Shown here one piece after another: positions 1-13,397 of a DNA stretch of 64,000 bases. This DNA is from Sphagnum compactum (taxonomy: Eukaryota), in NCBI GenBank assembly GCA_965153455.1, contig OZ234493.1, positions 2,046,001 through 2,110,000 on the forward strand. The letters run 5' to 3'. Each line of letters starts with the position of its first letter. The first letter of the stretch is position 1. Under the pieces are notes generated by a model that had not been told where the DNA came from, made no database searches, and saw nothing but the letters and a program-made list of their open reading frames with translations. A program made the translations under genes and the position numbers.

Positions 1-2724
1 GGAGATTCTTCACCATCGGCCAGACAGATTGATTTTGAAAACCAACTGAATGGTACGTGTCTAATAATTCAGGATTCCCAGTTTCTTTGTCTACAATTTT
101 GAAACTCCTGGTTTGCTATAATTGCCTTTCCTACCAGAAGCAAAATAGTTCAAATGCACTCATGGAATTGGGAAGGGTTTAGGGTTTAGGAATTTCTGAA
201 TCCATGATGTGTTTTGTGAACAGGATCAAGAGCGGGTGTATTTAATCCAAAAGTGTTGGTCATTGGACATCGTGGTTGCGGGAAAAATAATGCTACATCA
301 AGTCAGGGAGAGGCAGTAGCAACAAGGCGGCCCTCCATCAGAGAAAACACCATTGCTTCTTTCAATGAGGCTGCCAGAAATGGAGTTGATTTTGTTGAAT
401 TTGATGTCCAGGTAAAGCTCCCTACATATTTCCTTGTATAGCACATTTGTTTTGTGTGTCACTTGGCACTGGGAGATGGTTCCATGAGCAAATCTAAACT
501 TTATGTGTTATTATTCTCATAACTGGCTTCATTCAACAGGTGACAAAGGATGGGCATCCTATCATTTTCCATGATACTCATATAATTGCGGAAGATATGG
601 TATTTTTCTCCCTCCTGCTTGTAGTGGGTTAAGCATATATACTTTGTTTTCTTATCTTGAGTCATGACTGATGTGAGATTGTACCTCACATTATTGTAAG
701 CTAATGCTACTAATTGGGGACTGATAATTAGACTGGAGAATTGGTGGGATTATAGTGTCAATCTTTTGGTAAATGTCTGACCATGGTGTTTTGCAGGTTC
801 CCAGGAAAATTGGAGATATTACATTGCAGGAGTTTCTTGGCATGGGACCTCAAAAGGGATCTGATAAGGTATTGGAGTTTTCTGAACAAATCTCAAAGGA
901 GTGCTGCAGGAGTTAATTAGGAGCTACAGCTAAAGATTGTAATGGAACAGCACTAGGGAGAGCAATCTTGCTTCACGACTTGGAGTAATGTGTTGTGTTT
1001 CAGATGAATTCTCTCATGCCTATGAATGTGCTTTTCTTGTTGAGTATAGATAAAAACTAAGAATTTTGTGGGTGCAGTACCAGGATACTGAAATTGTGTT
1101 GCTGGCACTTGTGCATAGGCAGAGAGAAGTCTTTACAGGAAGGCCAGGGATGGAACTGTGAGTCAATGGACTGCAACTACAGAGGATCCCCTTTGCACAC
1201 TTGAGGAGGCATTTAAGTGTGTGGATCCCTCTGTTGGCTTCAACATAGAAGTGAAATTTGATTACATTGAAGAAACTTCTGACCTGGAGTTACAGCGTGT
1301 GATTCATTGCACTGTGGAAGTAAGTATAATCCATCAACCTTGCAACTGCTATAGCTGTAAGTTTTTTCCTTTTCGTACTTTGTTTGCTTACATCACTAAT
1401 TGTTGAAGGCTTGAATCACTTGCTGTGCTGTTTTTGGGGTTCACAGACATGGAGAAAATGTTTTGATGTTTTGACTAAATAGTTTGTTTGATGGTTTCAA
1501 TTGCAGGGCATAGTGACAGAAGTGAATGCAGTCAGAACCATAAAATGTTTCACCAAAATGGTTTCACCACCAGACCAAATTAAACAGTAGAGAAATTCAG
1601 CTTTCTATGTGCAGCAGATATAAATTGTTTGTTGTGAATATGCAGATTGTCAGGCAGCATTCAAATGGACGAAAGATTTACCTTTCCAGCTTTCATCCTG
1701 ATGCTGTCCATCTCTTGGGGAGTTTGCAATCCACATATCCGGTATAGAAACAGTACTTGCATCCTTGGTTTATTACAAGCAATGATCCGCAATTACTGCC
1801 GCCGTTTTCCTTTCGATGCATTACTGTACCTGGTCTACAATTTAGTCAGGATAGTATATCCATATTTGTGGGTCTCTGTGTCTGCAGGTGTTTTTCTTGA
1901 CTCTTGGAGGCCTCTACAGATTTAATGATGAAAGAAGAAACTCAATTCAAGCTGCTATTACAGTTTGTCAACAAAGTATGTTATTTTTGTTCTTGCTGTT
2001 TCTATATATTCAACATTTGGAATTAGGGTGGTTGTCCTATGAACACAGGAATTCCCCATTTGTTTGGTCTTACTGCTCAGTGGTCATCCACCAAGGAATT
2101 CCATGTGTGGATTCATTTTCTTGAGATATCCTCATATGTGTTTGGGGTTCACAGAGATGGAGAACATGTTTTGACTTTGTAGTTTGTTTGGTGGTTCCAG
2201 GTCAATTGCAGGGCATAGTGACAGAAGTGAATGCAGTCTTGCATGAGCCCAGTCTTATTTCCCTGGTCAAAGAAGCACATCTCTGGCTCTTCACTTTTGG
2301 TGAACTTAAGTGAGTATTGTTATGTTGCAGAATTTGTGGGAAAGATATATTGACAAGCTCTACGGTTGGATCATTGTAGTTGAGATTCAGTTGCAAGGAT
2401 ACTGGAATATCTCTTCTACAAGAGATGGAATGACAAATTGAGAGAAGAGCTAAGCAAATGCAGGGTGAGACCGTGGGAACAATTTTGAGGGACGAAATTA
2501 ATTGCCGGAATGCTGTAGTCAGTGTACTGTATGTTCAGGAACATTTACTACAAAAGTTGTGGAATGTGACTCTTATGGGAATGATGGGGTTTTGTATCAG
2601 TAATGTGGAGGAAGCTGTACGCAAGCAAAAGGATGCTGGTGTAGATGGGGTGATTGCAGATCATGTGATGGAGATAGCAAAGGCAGTGCGCCAATTGGAG
2701 CTGCACCCAATGTCCTCATCTTAA
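1..2724 (+). CDS. Glycerophosphodiester phosphodiesterase (GDPD1-like), 5'-partial. Approximate exons 1-52, 224-411, 540-599, 797-868, 1118-1319, 1646-1741, 1888-1976, 2201-2309, 2601-2724
   Basis: Spliced translation gives VIGHRG, ENTIASF, DFVEFDVQVTKDGHPIIFHD, FNIEVKF, FSSFHPDA, GVDGVIADHV. GT-AG boundaries keep frame; the first exon is open from base 1. Confidence 0.9.
1429..1533 (+). repeat. Intragenic duplicate of the intron/exon junction at about 2137-2238
   Basis: TTTGGGGTTCACAGA...CAATTGCAGGGCATAGTGACAGAAGTGAATGCAGTC occurs at both places. Confidence 0.9.
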
Positions 2725-3469
2725 CCACAACAGTGAGTCATCCTCTCAGCCTAGGAGTGTTCTGGAACAAAAACAGTAACACATAATTGTACTATACTTC
2801 TGCTCAGTGAAATGACTTTTGTACCTCTTCACCATTCCAGATGATATCCAGTAGCAACCATTCGAACCTGGAATTTCAGCCTCTTACTTGCCACACACTT
2901 TGCTTGACAAGTCTAATATTAAATATTTGACCTGTCTCATCCCAGTTAGCCTGGGTGAAATGCACAATGGTCATTTTTTGCAGATGATATTAACTGGATC
3001 TGGCACTGAAAGGAAACATGATCGCAGAAGGTGCACTCACACAGCAACGTCTAGCAACAACTCGTTCCTGACTCAGATCACTGACGTTCATCATCTTGCT
3101 CAAGAAGTTTGCAATTAACCCACCAGGATGAATGAGTCCAGAGAACTTGACAACAAAAACTAGGTTGCATTCCATGGTTTCAGTTCATTAGAATGGCAGT
3201 TCAATGAAAAATACTAGATAATATTTCACCTGACCATAACAACACATGATCACAGATGAATATTGGTTCAAATGTTTCACAAATGAATCGAATGTTTCTC
3301 AAGCAAGTGAAACATAAATTAGCTTTGAAGCAGGCAGCTACATTTACTCAACAATAAAACAACTTAGTTGAACAATAATAAGAACCTCACACAAAACTCT
3401 AAAGCTTCTAACAAATCTTGTATGCAGAGTGATGACACAGTTTATGTTAAAATGTCACAAAATCCTTCC

Positions 3470-4530
3470 ACAGTTTTTACAAGTTCACAGATCCATCCAC
3501 TCTCATTGCCTACACAGATTTCTTTCCCAGTTATTACAACTCCATAGATTCTTCACTCTCATTAGCTACATAAATTCTTCCCAAAATTATTACAACTTCA
3601 CAGTTTCTTTGCACACTCTCATTATATGCATTCAGCTTCTTCAGCTACATAAATTCTTCCACAATCATTACAACTTTGCAGATGTCTTTCACATACTCTT
3701 AATATGTTGCATGAATCCTTCTCAGGTACAATGATTACCTGTCCACAGATCTATCAATTCTGGAATCTAGGTGTCAACTTTGGATACTTTCTGCTAATTT
3801 TGTCAAGCATGATTGATCTTGCAGCAAAAAATCAATCAATCAACCAATTGCTGTCTTAAAACAATTGTTTCCTCCTCTTTGAATCCACAAAATTAGTTAC
3901 AAACCCCAATAAAATCCTTGCTTTGACATCAGAACAATTGGCACTTGTGATAAGTTACTTGTTCCACATGATAACAATTGAGTTGATAATTTCTGGGGAG
4001 TGAAAGTATGTGTGTCAACCAAAAACATTTCTGGTAAAAAAGGCCACAGATTGGGGCTTTTGAGTTTGCAATCCAAGGTCAATCCAGGCAGTTTTTACAA
4101 ACGACCCTTTTTTTTGGCTTGGACAATGGAACAAGCAAAGCAAGTGTCTAAGGTTTAGAGTCACATTGAAAAACATGAAGAGAAAGAAACAGTCATGGCA
4201 GAAGCTGCTACACTCAAATAATAAGGGTTTGCAATTTAGGGGTCTTGAGGGTTCACACTTGAGGATCTCTAGAGACACAACATGTCTGACTGCAGTGCCG
4301 TTGGAGTTTGAAAGAACCAAACTAGTATTCTGGATTTGGAACTTAAGATTGCACTGGACCAAACGGAATAATAATAGGATTAGAACTACAGAATCCAGAG
4401 GGACCAGAGCTAGACGAGAGGCATTAACATCAACCAAGACCGTCAAGAAGTAGCAAATCTGAGAGGCCATAATTCAGATTCTGATGTAGACTGAAGCAAA
4501 GTCTGATGTAGACTAACCTGATACCAGCAG
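3470..4530 (-). mobile_element. Possible decayed LTR-retroelement remnant
   Basis: Minus-strand TGGTATCAG at 4518-4526 matches 9 nt of a tRNA-iMet primer-binding site. It is followed by broken coding-like sequence and a degenerate tandem repeat at about 3470-3700. No recognisable pol motifs. Confidence 0.3.
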
Positions 4531-4791
4531 CTGTTGGCTGGCTACAGTAAAGCAAGCGATTGATCAACCGGAAAGAATTGAATTTCCATGAATCTCCTCC
4601 TTATCTGTTATTTTCAATCTTGAGAAACAGAACTACTGTGTCATTTCTAAAACTGTCAGAATCGATGAATACCTGGGAGAGAGAGACGCAGCTAATAGAT
4701 TCTCAGAAAAAATCGCGAGAATTGAACGTCTCACATATACACACACACCAGCGACTAAAGAGATGCAGTAAGCAACACACACACACCTTTC

Positions 4792-4961
4792 TAGGGTTTC
4801 CATCAAACCCTAATTCGGGGTCTCAATATAATGAGATCTTGATAAAAACGGATCTGGGGAGCCGCTCTCATTGGAGGTTGCAATATTTCGGGACCTAGGG
4901 AGACGATATTACTGGTCTGCAAGTCAAGGTCTCGATGTTTGGAGACCTCAAATTAGGGTTT
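4792..4961. promoter_or_regulatory. Telo-box cluster upstream of the GlyRS gene
   Basis: TAGGGTTT at about 4792, AAACCCTAA at 4805, TTAGGGTTT at about 4953. Telo-boxes are typical of plant translation-machinery promoters. Confidence 0.55.
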
Positions 4962-5170
4962 TATGGATAAACCCATGGCGACTCTCTTCTCGGGCCAGCA
5001 GTTCCATTCTTTGCTTTGCTTGCAGATTTGCTGGCATCATCAGTTCCTTGCAAATTCTCTTTTGGATCTTGTGTACGTGTTGTTGACATTGCTTGTTTTG
5101 TAGCCTAGAGGAGGTAGGATAATTCAGGGAGAGATTGGATTTAGTTTTTTTTTCTCGGCTCTTTGCAGCA

Positions 5171-8100
5171 ATGTCGAAGGTGGCGAATGAGCCAGATTCT
5201 GCCGCTCACAAGAAGGAGGCGTTCAGGCTGCTGGTGAAGAACACCCTGGAGAGACGCCTGTTCTACATCCCCTCTTTCAAGATTTATGGTGGTGTGGCCG
5301 GGCTATATGACTATGGTCCCTGGGGCTGTGCTGTGGAAACCAATTTGCTCAACCTCTGGCGACAGGTTAGCCGTTGTTTGGAAAACAATTCTAACAGAAA
5401 TCTTGAGACTGAGGAAAAAAGCTGATTAGGATTAACGAAAGACTAGAATTTTTTTGTTTTCTTGTAGAGTGTTGTGGTGTCCGACCATGAAGACTTCCAA
5501 TTTTTGGACTCTCTGTTTTATGTTCTGAAGATGCTGTTTTGTGCTGTTGGTGCAGCATTTTGTTATGGAAGAAGACATGTTTGAAATCCGATGTCCTTGT
5601 GTTACCCCAGAGGTGGTCCTAAAGGCCTCAGGTCATGTAGACAAGTTCACTGACTTGATGGTGAAGGATGAAGTAACAGGCGATTGTCACAGGGCAGACC
5701 ATTTGCTCAAAAATTTCCTCAATGATATTCTTGCCAAGGATGCAAAGATCACTGCTGAGAAGAAGAAGGAGATTATGACTGACCTTGCAAGTTTGGATGA
5801 ATTCACAGGCCCAGAACTGGGTGCAAAGATCAAAGCTTACAATATCAAGGCCCCAGATACAGGCAATGAGGTCTCAGAGCCATATCCTTTCAATCTTATG
5901 TTTGCCACAACTATTGGCCCAACTGGGCTTGTTCCCGGGTATGTAGATTTTTCTCCCATTGCAATGATTCAAGTTTGATTGTGATCTTTTGAATTTGTAC
6001 ATAGTTTTTCCCTGTTGTCCTTTCCTTTAGTTTTTCTTTTCCCTTTCTGTCAGTCTGTTTTTTTCTCTTGTTGTGGTCTGTTGCTATCCAGTAGTATGGC
6101 TGAGTTTTCCTGTTGCTTCTGGAATTGCAGCAGAAACTCAGTTCATAGGTTGTTGCTTGTCACCGGCCTTTACCCACTGTAGGGAGCTGATGAAGTCAGT
6201 GGGGAAGTTGTGGTAGTTAAGTCACTATCATACATAATACTGTTGATGGTTCCTGAACAGGTGTGAGACTGGCACTTTTGTTCATACCAGTGTGTGTGTG
6301 TGTGTATGTTTTTTTTTTTGGTTTGTTCTGTCTTTCCTATTTTGGCTCTTTCTGTGGCTTCCTGAGGAAGTGTTAAACCTTGCTGTTATTTCTTTGTTGT
6401 GAGAATGGAGATTTCTCTATTCTTATGAAAGATATTGTACATCAGCTTTTGTATATCAAACTTATTTAGACAGACTTGACAGCTTAGCAGGTTTTCTTTT
6501 TCTTTGTTAACAGGTACATGCGCCCGGAGACAGCACAGGGCATTTTTGTCAATTTCAAGGACCTCTATTATGAGAATGGGAACAAGTTGCCATTTGCTGC
6601 AGCTCAGATTGGCTCTGCATTTCGGAATGAGGTAAAGTCTGTCTATGTTTCCATCTCCAGTCCATTTGTTGTGTTGAAGTCCATGTTTCATGATTAGAGT
6701 TCTACAAGCCCACCATAGGATTAGGGTTGTTCCTTTTAATGCCTGTATCACTGAGAAGAAAAGCTCATCATGAGTTCTCTACAAGGAAAAGGGTATAGAC
6801 TACATTAAACTCTGCAATTTTTCTCAAGGAGAATCTGCAAGATGTGGATAGTTTGAAGCTCAACTAACTATTTCTTTCAAAGCCTTAAGACTGTCAGACC
6901 TTCTGTTTTATTGGAAGTGCTTACAGTATCCTGTTGTGGGCAAGGAGAACAAATCCATAAAGATGAATGCAGGGTCTTCAGCTTGAGCAGTCTATGTGCC
7001 ATTTGACGAGGAAAACCATTGACTTTTTTTATTAGCTATGTCTCTTGAGTGCTAGCTGACATCATGCCTGAACAGAAACTCAGGATGCAGAGTTTTGTAT
7101 ACTTGTTTGCATGAAATAATAAGCACATTCCTCTAGGCTTATTTACACCCACCATTGGGAGCTGATGAAGCCAGTGGGGAATAATGGCAGCTAGTCATTG
7201 CCATTCTGTATGAAGGTGACAACTGGATTCATTCTTCTCATATTTATGTTGGTTTGACTAGAATTGACATAACAGTCGAAGTATTCAAAGTATTATTTTT
7301 GAGTTTTCTATGCAATATAATAGGTATTTGTCAACCTGGAAATATGAGCTTAGAGGAAACCTCTTGCTCCACAAGGAAAATCGAGCTGTCTAGACAATGT
7401 GTTCTGATTCTATGCCACCTCTCTATGTTTGGGCAACAGATTGCACCACGACAAGGCCCAATGAGAGTAAGAGAATTTACATTGGCTGAGATTGAGCACT
7501 TCGTCAATCCATATGACAAATCACACCCAAAATTCAAGGATGTGGCCCACTTGGAGTTTTTCTTGTTCCCAAGAGCAGAGCAAACAGGCCTCAAAGATCA
7601 TGTGAAAACATGTATTGGAGATGCTGTTGCAAAGGTCTGGGCCTCTCTTAGAACATTTCTATGATGCATGGTACAGTCATGTCCATTATCTATCACTGAG
7701 ACAGAAAGTGAAGCACCATTCAGATGACTTTGTTGAACTGCATTGTCAAAGTTGTTTACAAAGTCAGCCAATGCTTGGATTTTGATTTTAGACATGTCCT
7801 ACACTGTACAGGGTATTGTTGACAATGAAACTCTTGGTTACTTCATTGCAAGAACCTATTTGTTTCTCACTGGGATTGGTATCAATAAGGAGCGGCTCCG
7901 CTTTCGCCAACATTTGCAGAATGAGATGGCTCACTATGCCCAAGACTGTTGGGATGCTGAAATTGAGTGCTCTTATGGCTGGTTTGAGTGTGTTGGCCTT
8001 GCAGACCGATCTGCTTTTGACTTGAAGGCCCATACGGTACTTACCACCTTGCATAGTTTTTCTGCATCACAGTTGATACAAGATCCTGCAACTGCTTTGG

Positions 8101-9568
8101 TCAATATCTTTAGTAGTTCATGTGAGGCAATGCTGTGTTATAAGCAGAGATAAATGGAAGTTTGGCAGTAGTGTCTTTCAAATGATTTGAAAATTTGCTA
8201 ATTTTCGAGGTTCACATCTGTTGCTGATGGAATCCAGTCGAAGAGTGGTGTGGAACTTGTGGCCCATGAGGTTTTTGATAAGCCCAAAGATGTGGAGGTA
8301 TGCTCTCATGACTCAAGCTTCTCCATTACTAGCTGCTAAGAATCCTATGCAGGCTTCAGGATTGTGTTTAGGTGTCTGTGTGGACATTCCTTTTTGCATA
8401 TTGTTGGTTTTATGGTATGATAGTGTGAACGTTCCTTGCATTCAGATGTAGGGAACTGGTTGGATACCCATGATCTGTGAATGTGAGATTGGCTTCCAGA
8501 CAGTTCTCTTGAACACCGAAGTTACCAAAACTGTAAAATTGACCCTCTATTGTTTGTGTTCCCTTCAATTTTTGCAAGAAAGCACAAGTTCTGATGGTGT
8601 GGACATTTGGGGTCTGGTTCTGATACAGCAATTGACAATTGTACCCAACAAGAAAATTCTTGGGAAAGTCTTCAGGAAAGACCAGAAGATTCTGTCAGAA
8701 TCTTTAGAGGTGACAGTTTCTCATCTTAGTTTTCTTGTGATTGAAAAGACTTCATAGAGATTGTCCTACCTCTGTATTTTGATATGCATTTAAGGTTCTA
8801 TTCATAGATGGTCTATGTATTGAGTTTTTGATTTACTTGAAGCTCATTCTCTGAGGCACTCCTGAAAAACTCATTTTCCATCAAGGAAGCTGCTAACTGA
8901 TAAGCACCTTAATGTGGATGCAGTCCATGACTGAGGCTGAGGCACTGGCATTGAAGGCAGAACTAGAAGAGAAAGAGAAAACCATATACAGGGTCTGCAC
9001 AACTGGTCAAGAGTTTGAGCTCACCAAGGAGATGGTCACTATATCGCAACAAGTTGTGAAAACACATGGCAGGAACTTCACACCATCAGTCATTGAACCT
9101 TCCTTTGGTGTGGGTCGCATAATGTACTGCCTTTATGAGCACTGCTTTTATACTCGCCCCTATACTCCTGGTGAGCAAGTATCAAGTGTTTTCCGCTTCC
9201 CTCCACTAATAGCTCCAATCAAGTGCACTGTTTTCCCTTTGATCCAAAGAGAGATTCTGAATTTGAAAGCAAAACAAATTTCGAATAGCCTGACACGGGT
9301 GGGAGTGTCAAACAAGATGGATGTCACCGGCCGGTCTATTGGAAAGAGGTATGCTCGCACTGATGAGGTGGGTATACCTTTTGCCATCACTGTGGACTTT
9401 AATGAGGGTGTGACTGTTCGAGAGAGAGATTCTAAGCAACAAATTAGGGTTCCAGATGGGGAGGTTGTAGATGTGGTACGTGATCTTGCAAATGGTTCAC
9501 TCCCATGGGCAGAAGCAACATCAAGTTACCAAGTAGTATTGGTTCCTGATACTGAGGCTGACAGTTAG
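5171..9568 (+). CDS. Glycyl-tRNA synthetase (eukaryotic alpha2 type). Approximate exons 5171-5365, 5556-5938, 6514-6631, 7440-7634, 7812-8036, 8238-8298, 8629-8709, 8924-9568
   Basis: [109 protein letters not shown]. Confidence 0.95.
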
Positions 9569-12022
9569 CTTATGTGTCCTTATTTTCTCAACATTCTAGG
9601 ACTATTGTGAATGCTGTCTTCTTGACTTCTAGAACATTCTAGGAGCATTTGTGCTTTGCAACTCTATTGAGCTCTATGAATGGTGGCTTCTTGACTTTTA
9701 CTACCATATAACTTTTTAGTCTTCTTAGATTACATCTGCAAGGTCAGTGTGCAAATGTGATGAAAGCATGTACAATTGCACAACCATATTGTGTTTCCCA
9801 ACTCATTTGATCTTCCAGATATTGGAGTTTAAAGGTTCTTTCTCTTGCCAAAACATTTACCAATGGTTGTCCTAGCAATGGTCATAGAGTGTTCATTGAA
9901 GAACCTTGACAACTTTATGATGGTTATCTCTGCTTCAATCCAATTTTGCCAAACCTATCTGCTGATGTGTTGGATGATGAACCAGGGCAGCTTTACATCT
10001 TCAGAAGAGTATGTATGTCGATGGTAGATACTAGTATGAATCAATATTGATCAGTGATTTACATTTTCAGCAATCTTTTTGTGCTGGCGCATATTGAAAC
10101 CCCAATATTACTGTGCCCATGATTCCATTTCTTTGTTTTCCATGTGTACTGGGGAGGACCATGTGAAGAACAGAAGGTACAACAGTTCCTTCTGCTCACT
10201 GTGAAGTTGAGATATTGTAAATGCAGGTGTTTTGCTCGATAGGGAGCCTTTTTTGAGGGTATAAGGGGACTGGAGATGGGAATAGAACACAGGCTTTTAC
10301 ACTTATTGCAAGCTCCGGCTTTCTTAATGGTGAGTATGGAGATGTTTTAATTCTGAAGTCTTTTTTATTGCAAGCTCACTGCAGTGGTGTTTTGTTTATG
10401 AGGGGGAAAATGGGTGAGGAGCAGCTTTTGTTTGAGCTTTTACTGCATTCCTTCATCATGTAGTCATCATGGACACCAATAAATGCCAGAATGAACTAGC
10501 ACCGACCTGTGCACCATGTAGGATGAATGGTGTGTGGACAGGAAACCCTTTTCCAACCACCCACATGCATCTAGTATGCAGCAAGTGCATTACTCAAGTT
10601 GTGGAATCTATGTCCTTGTAAGCATTGGAAGATTATGTGTATGGGAGCCATGTCTGTCGGTGCTTTCCCTCGCATCATGGTAAAGGGTCCATATGCACTT
10701 ACACAAACTTTCTTTGCATAACAACAATGGCTTAGACTAATTTATGAACTTTTTTTTTACTATTTCATTATAAGAAACCTCTTGCTCCATGCCGGCAAGG
10801 GAATGACACTTTGTAAGGCGCCACAATATCACTACCCTTATGGCTTTGGAAAACCACTTCATGTTAAATTATGTGCAATTTAGGCTACAAAACGTAATGC
10901 AAGTTGGTTAGGGGGAAAGGGGTGCATTCCAAGTTTGTGGAATGATCAAATTCTCAAAGTTTTTTGTTATGATTGAAAGAAGAAAGAAAAGAAAAGAAAA
11001 TTTCACACCCCAATAGATTTGTTGATGCACCCACAAAAATTAATTCACAAAAAAAATTATCTATTAAGGAAGGTAGTAGTGAAGGTTGTTTGTTTTGTTT
11101 TTTGCGAGGAGATTTGGCAAACCATGGCACCCCACATTGTGCTTAAAGTCATTTGATGAATAAGGGGTGCACGAGATGGTTTTCTAATGTTAGACCTATA
11201 GTGTAAGAGTTATTGAATGTTCAACAATTTTATCATGAAAATTCAACAAAATGAAATTCCAAAAATCTTTAGGTATTGAATATTTGAGTAATGTTTGTCA
11301 TTAAAATTCATTAATATTTAAAAACTCAAATTAAATTAGTTGAGTACCAAGTTCACACTTGAGCTCATGGAATGGGCGACACTACTAGTTTGGATTTGAA
11401 AAAAAAGGCCATCAAGGGGGGTTGGGATCAATGTTATTGTCTTTGGAATTTCTAAGGTAGAAGTAAGTGACAAGCATCTCAAAAGTAAAAATTTACATTT
11501 ATTAACAAAAATTATTCAAAAAGAAAAATCCAATTTTTTTCCTCCAAAGAGCAACAAAGTGATGACATATTATGCCCAAGCTAAGAAGGCAATAAAAAAA
11601 AGTGATGACATTTCTTCAAAAATCATATAATTTCCCTCATTTTTTTGGGCAACTTTTTTTGTAAAAAGACCAGGGGTTTGTGTAAAGATATACACCAATT
11701 TTATTTTTATTTTGTTTTTAATTATTTTCTGTTGCTGCCATCCAAAACTTCACCCAAAAAAAGAAAAAAGGAAAGAAAAAAAAAAACATTGCTTGAATTT
11801 CCACTTCAATAATTACTCATTCTTGACACCAGGCTGGTTTTTGCCTCATCAGATGGGCCAACAAGTCTCCCAATTACACACAACCTGCAAAAGGCAAATG
11901 CAATGAACATGTTGAAATCATTGAATGAAAGTTGTCCTCAACATACATCATGTTCAACACCTTTCTCTTCAGGCTTCACCAATGAAACCCATCCAAATAA
12001 CAGATGATAAATTACACTTTTG

Positions 12023-12840
12023 CAGGGCCCAGAGTGAACCAAGAGCCACCAGCACACCATTAGGGATGGACATCGGATGAACAGAAAAAAAATGCACTTC
12101 TTTCCATTGGGTTTTTCCAGTTCCTAGCAGCTAACCATTTGTGGTTAGCTCAACTTTTCTGTTCTTACTACCTACACACTAACAACCCACCTCACCATTA
12201 ACCCATGTACTAACCCAGTAACCACATATTATCCTACATACTACTTACCTAACCACCTACCTACCTACCTACCTACCTACAGGACCTATCATTTACAGGT
12301 TAAGTTACAATGATGAAACAGGACATCGACTCAGTTGGTAACCAAGTTAATTATTATCCTACCTACCAACAGGACATAAAAACTCATTGAACCTACCAAC
12401 AGGACATACGAACTCATTGTCCTGCATATAGAAGGACCTTCATGCTTATTATTCTACCTACCAACAGGACATATGAACTCATTGTCCTACCTACCAAAAG
12501 GACCTACCAACAGGACCTACATACTTATTATCCTACCTACCAACAGGACATACATGCTTCTTATCCTACATGACAACAGGACATATGAACTCATTGTCCT
12601 ACCCACCAACAGGACCTACCAACAGGACCTACATGCTTATAATCCTACCTATCACAGGAAATACCAACTCATTGTCCTACCTACCAAAAAGAACCTACCA
12701 ACAGGACATACCTGCTTATTATCCTACCTACTAACAGGACATACGAACTCATTGTCCTACCTACCAAATGGACCCTACCTGCTTATTTTTCTACCTACCA
12801 ACTGGACCTACCTTGTGCAGAGAACAGGTTACCAGGGTGA
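12023..12840 (+). mobile_element. Non-coding dispersed repeat with internal CCTACCAACAGGAC/CCTAC array. Related copies at about 34204-34480 and (fragment) 10510-10555
   Basis: Copies at 12023 and 34204 share CAGGGCC(C)AGAGTG, a CACCAT..GGATGGA..CAGAAAA core, CTAACCAT..GTGGTT and then CCTAC runs. The 12360-12815 array repeats CCTACCAACAGGAC many times. Confidence 0.6.
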
Positions 12841-13397
12841 AACCCGACAACAACTCAGTTTGGGGGAACGAAGGATTGCACATCAAAAGCGCAGATAGTT
12901 AAGAAGAAAAAGAAGAGAGGAAGAAGAAGAAGAGAAGGCAAAGCGCCTGGATCGTTGCGCGGAATCTCTTCTGGTGCGATTTCCCGATGTTTCTTGCATT
13001 GGTTGTTCAGGATTATTGTTTAGTCTGGTCGCTGTAGTTTGTGGTTGTGTGTTTCTGTGTATTTTTTCTGTGAATTTGTTGGATTTTCTGGAGTTTAGAT
13101 TTGAAGGTTTTGGTGGTTTGCAGGGACTAGGAGTATGCATTATCTCCTTTTGTGCATCCGCGTCTGACTGACTGACTGACTGGTGTTGTGGAAGCAGGTA
13201 CGGCGCCTTGTTGTGTGTATGTTATTGTTGTTGCTGCTAGAGTTTGGAGTTTAGATCTGGGAGTGAACCGGGCGGAGAAAGGAGTTTGCTGCTCCCGTAT
13301 CGGACGCAGGCGGTGACTGTTTTGATTCGTGATGCGTGCGTCTGATTGATTGACCTAACGCTCTCTGTTTCCGTGAAGAGAAAGCGGAGAAACAGCA

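Noticed and set aside
6186-7170. CTGATGA as a hammerhead ribozyme core
   Set aside because: No stem II followed by GAAA in either copy.
9845-10330. Coding-like fragment downstream of GlyRS
   Set aside because: Multiple stops and no recognisable motif.
12473-12898. 141-aa ORF with PTNRTY repeats
   Set aside because: Translation of the CCTACCAACAGGAC array; no sign of coding.
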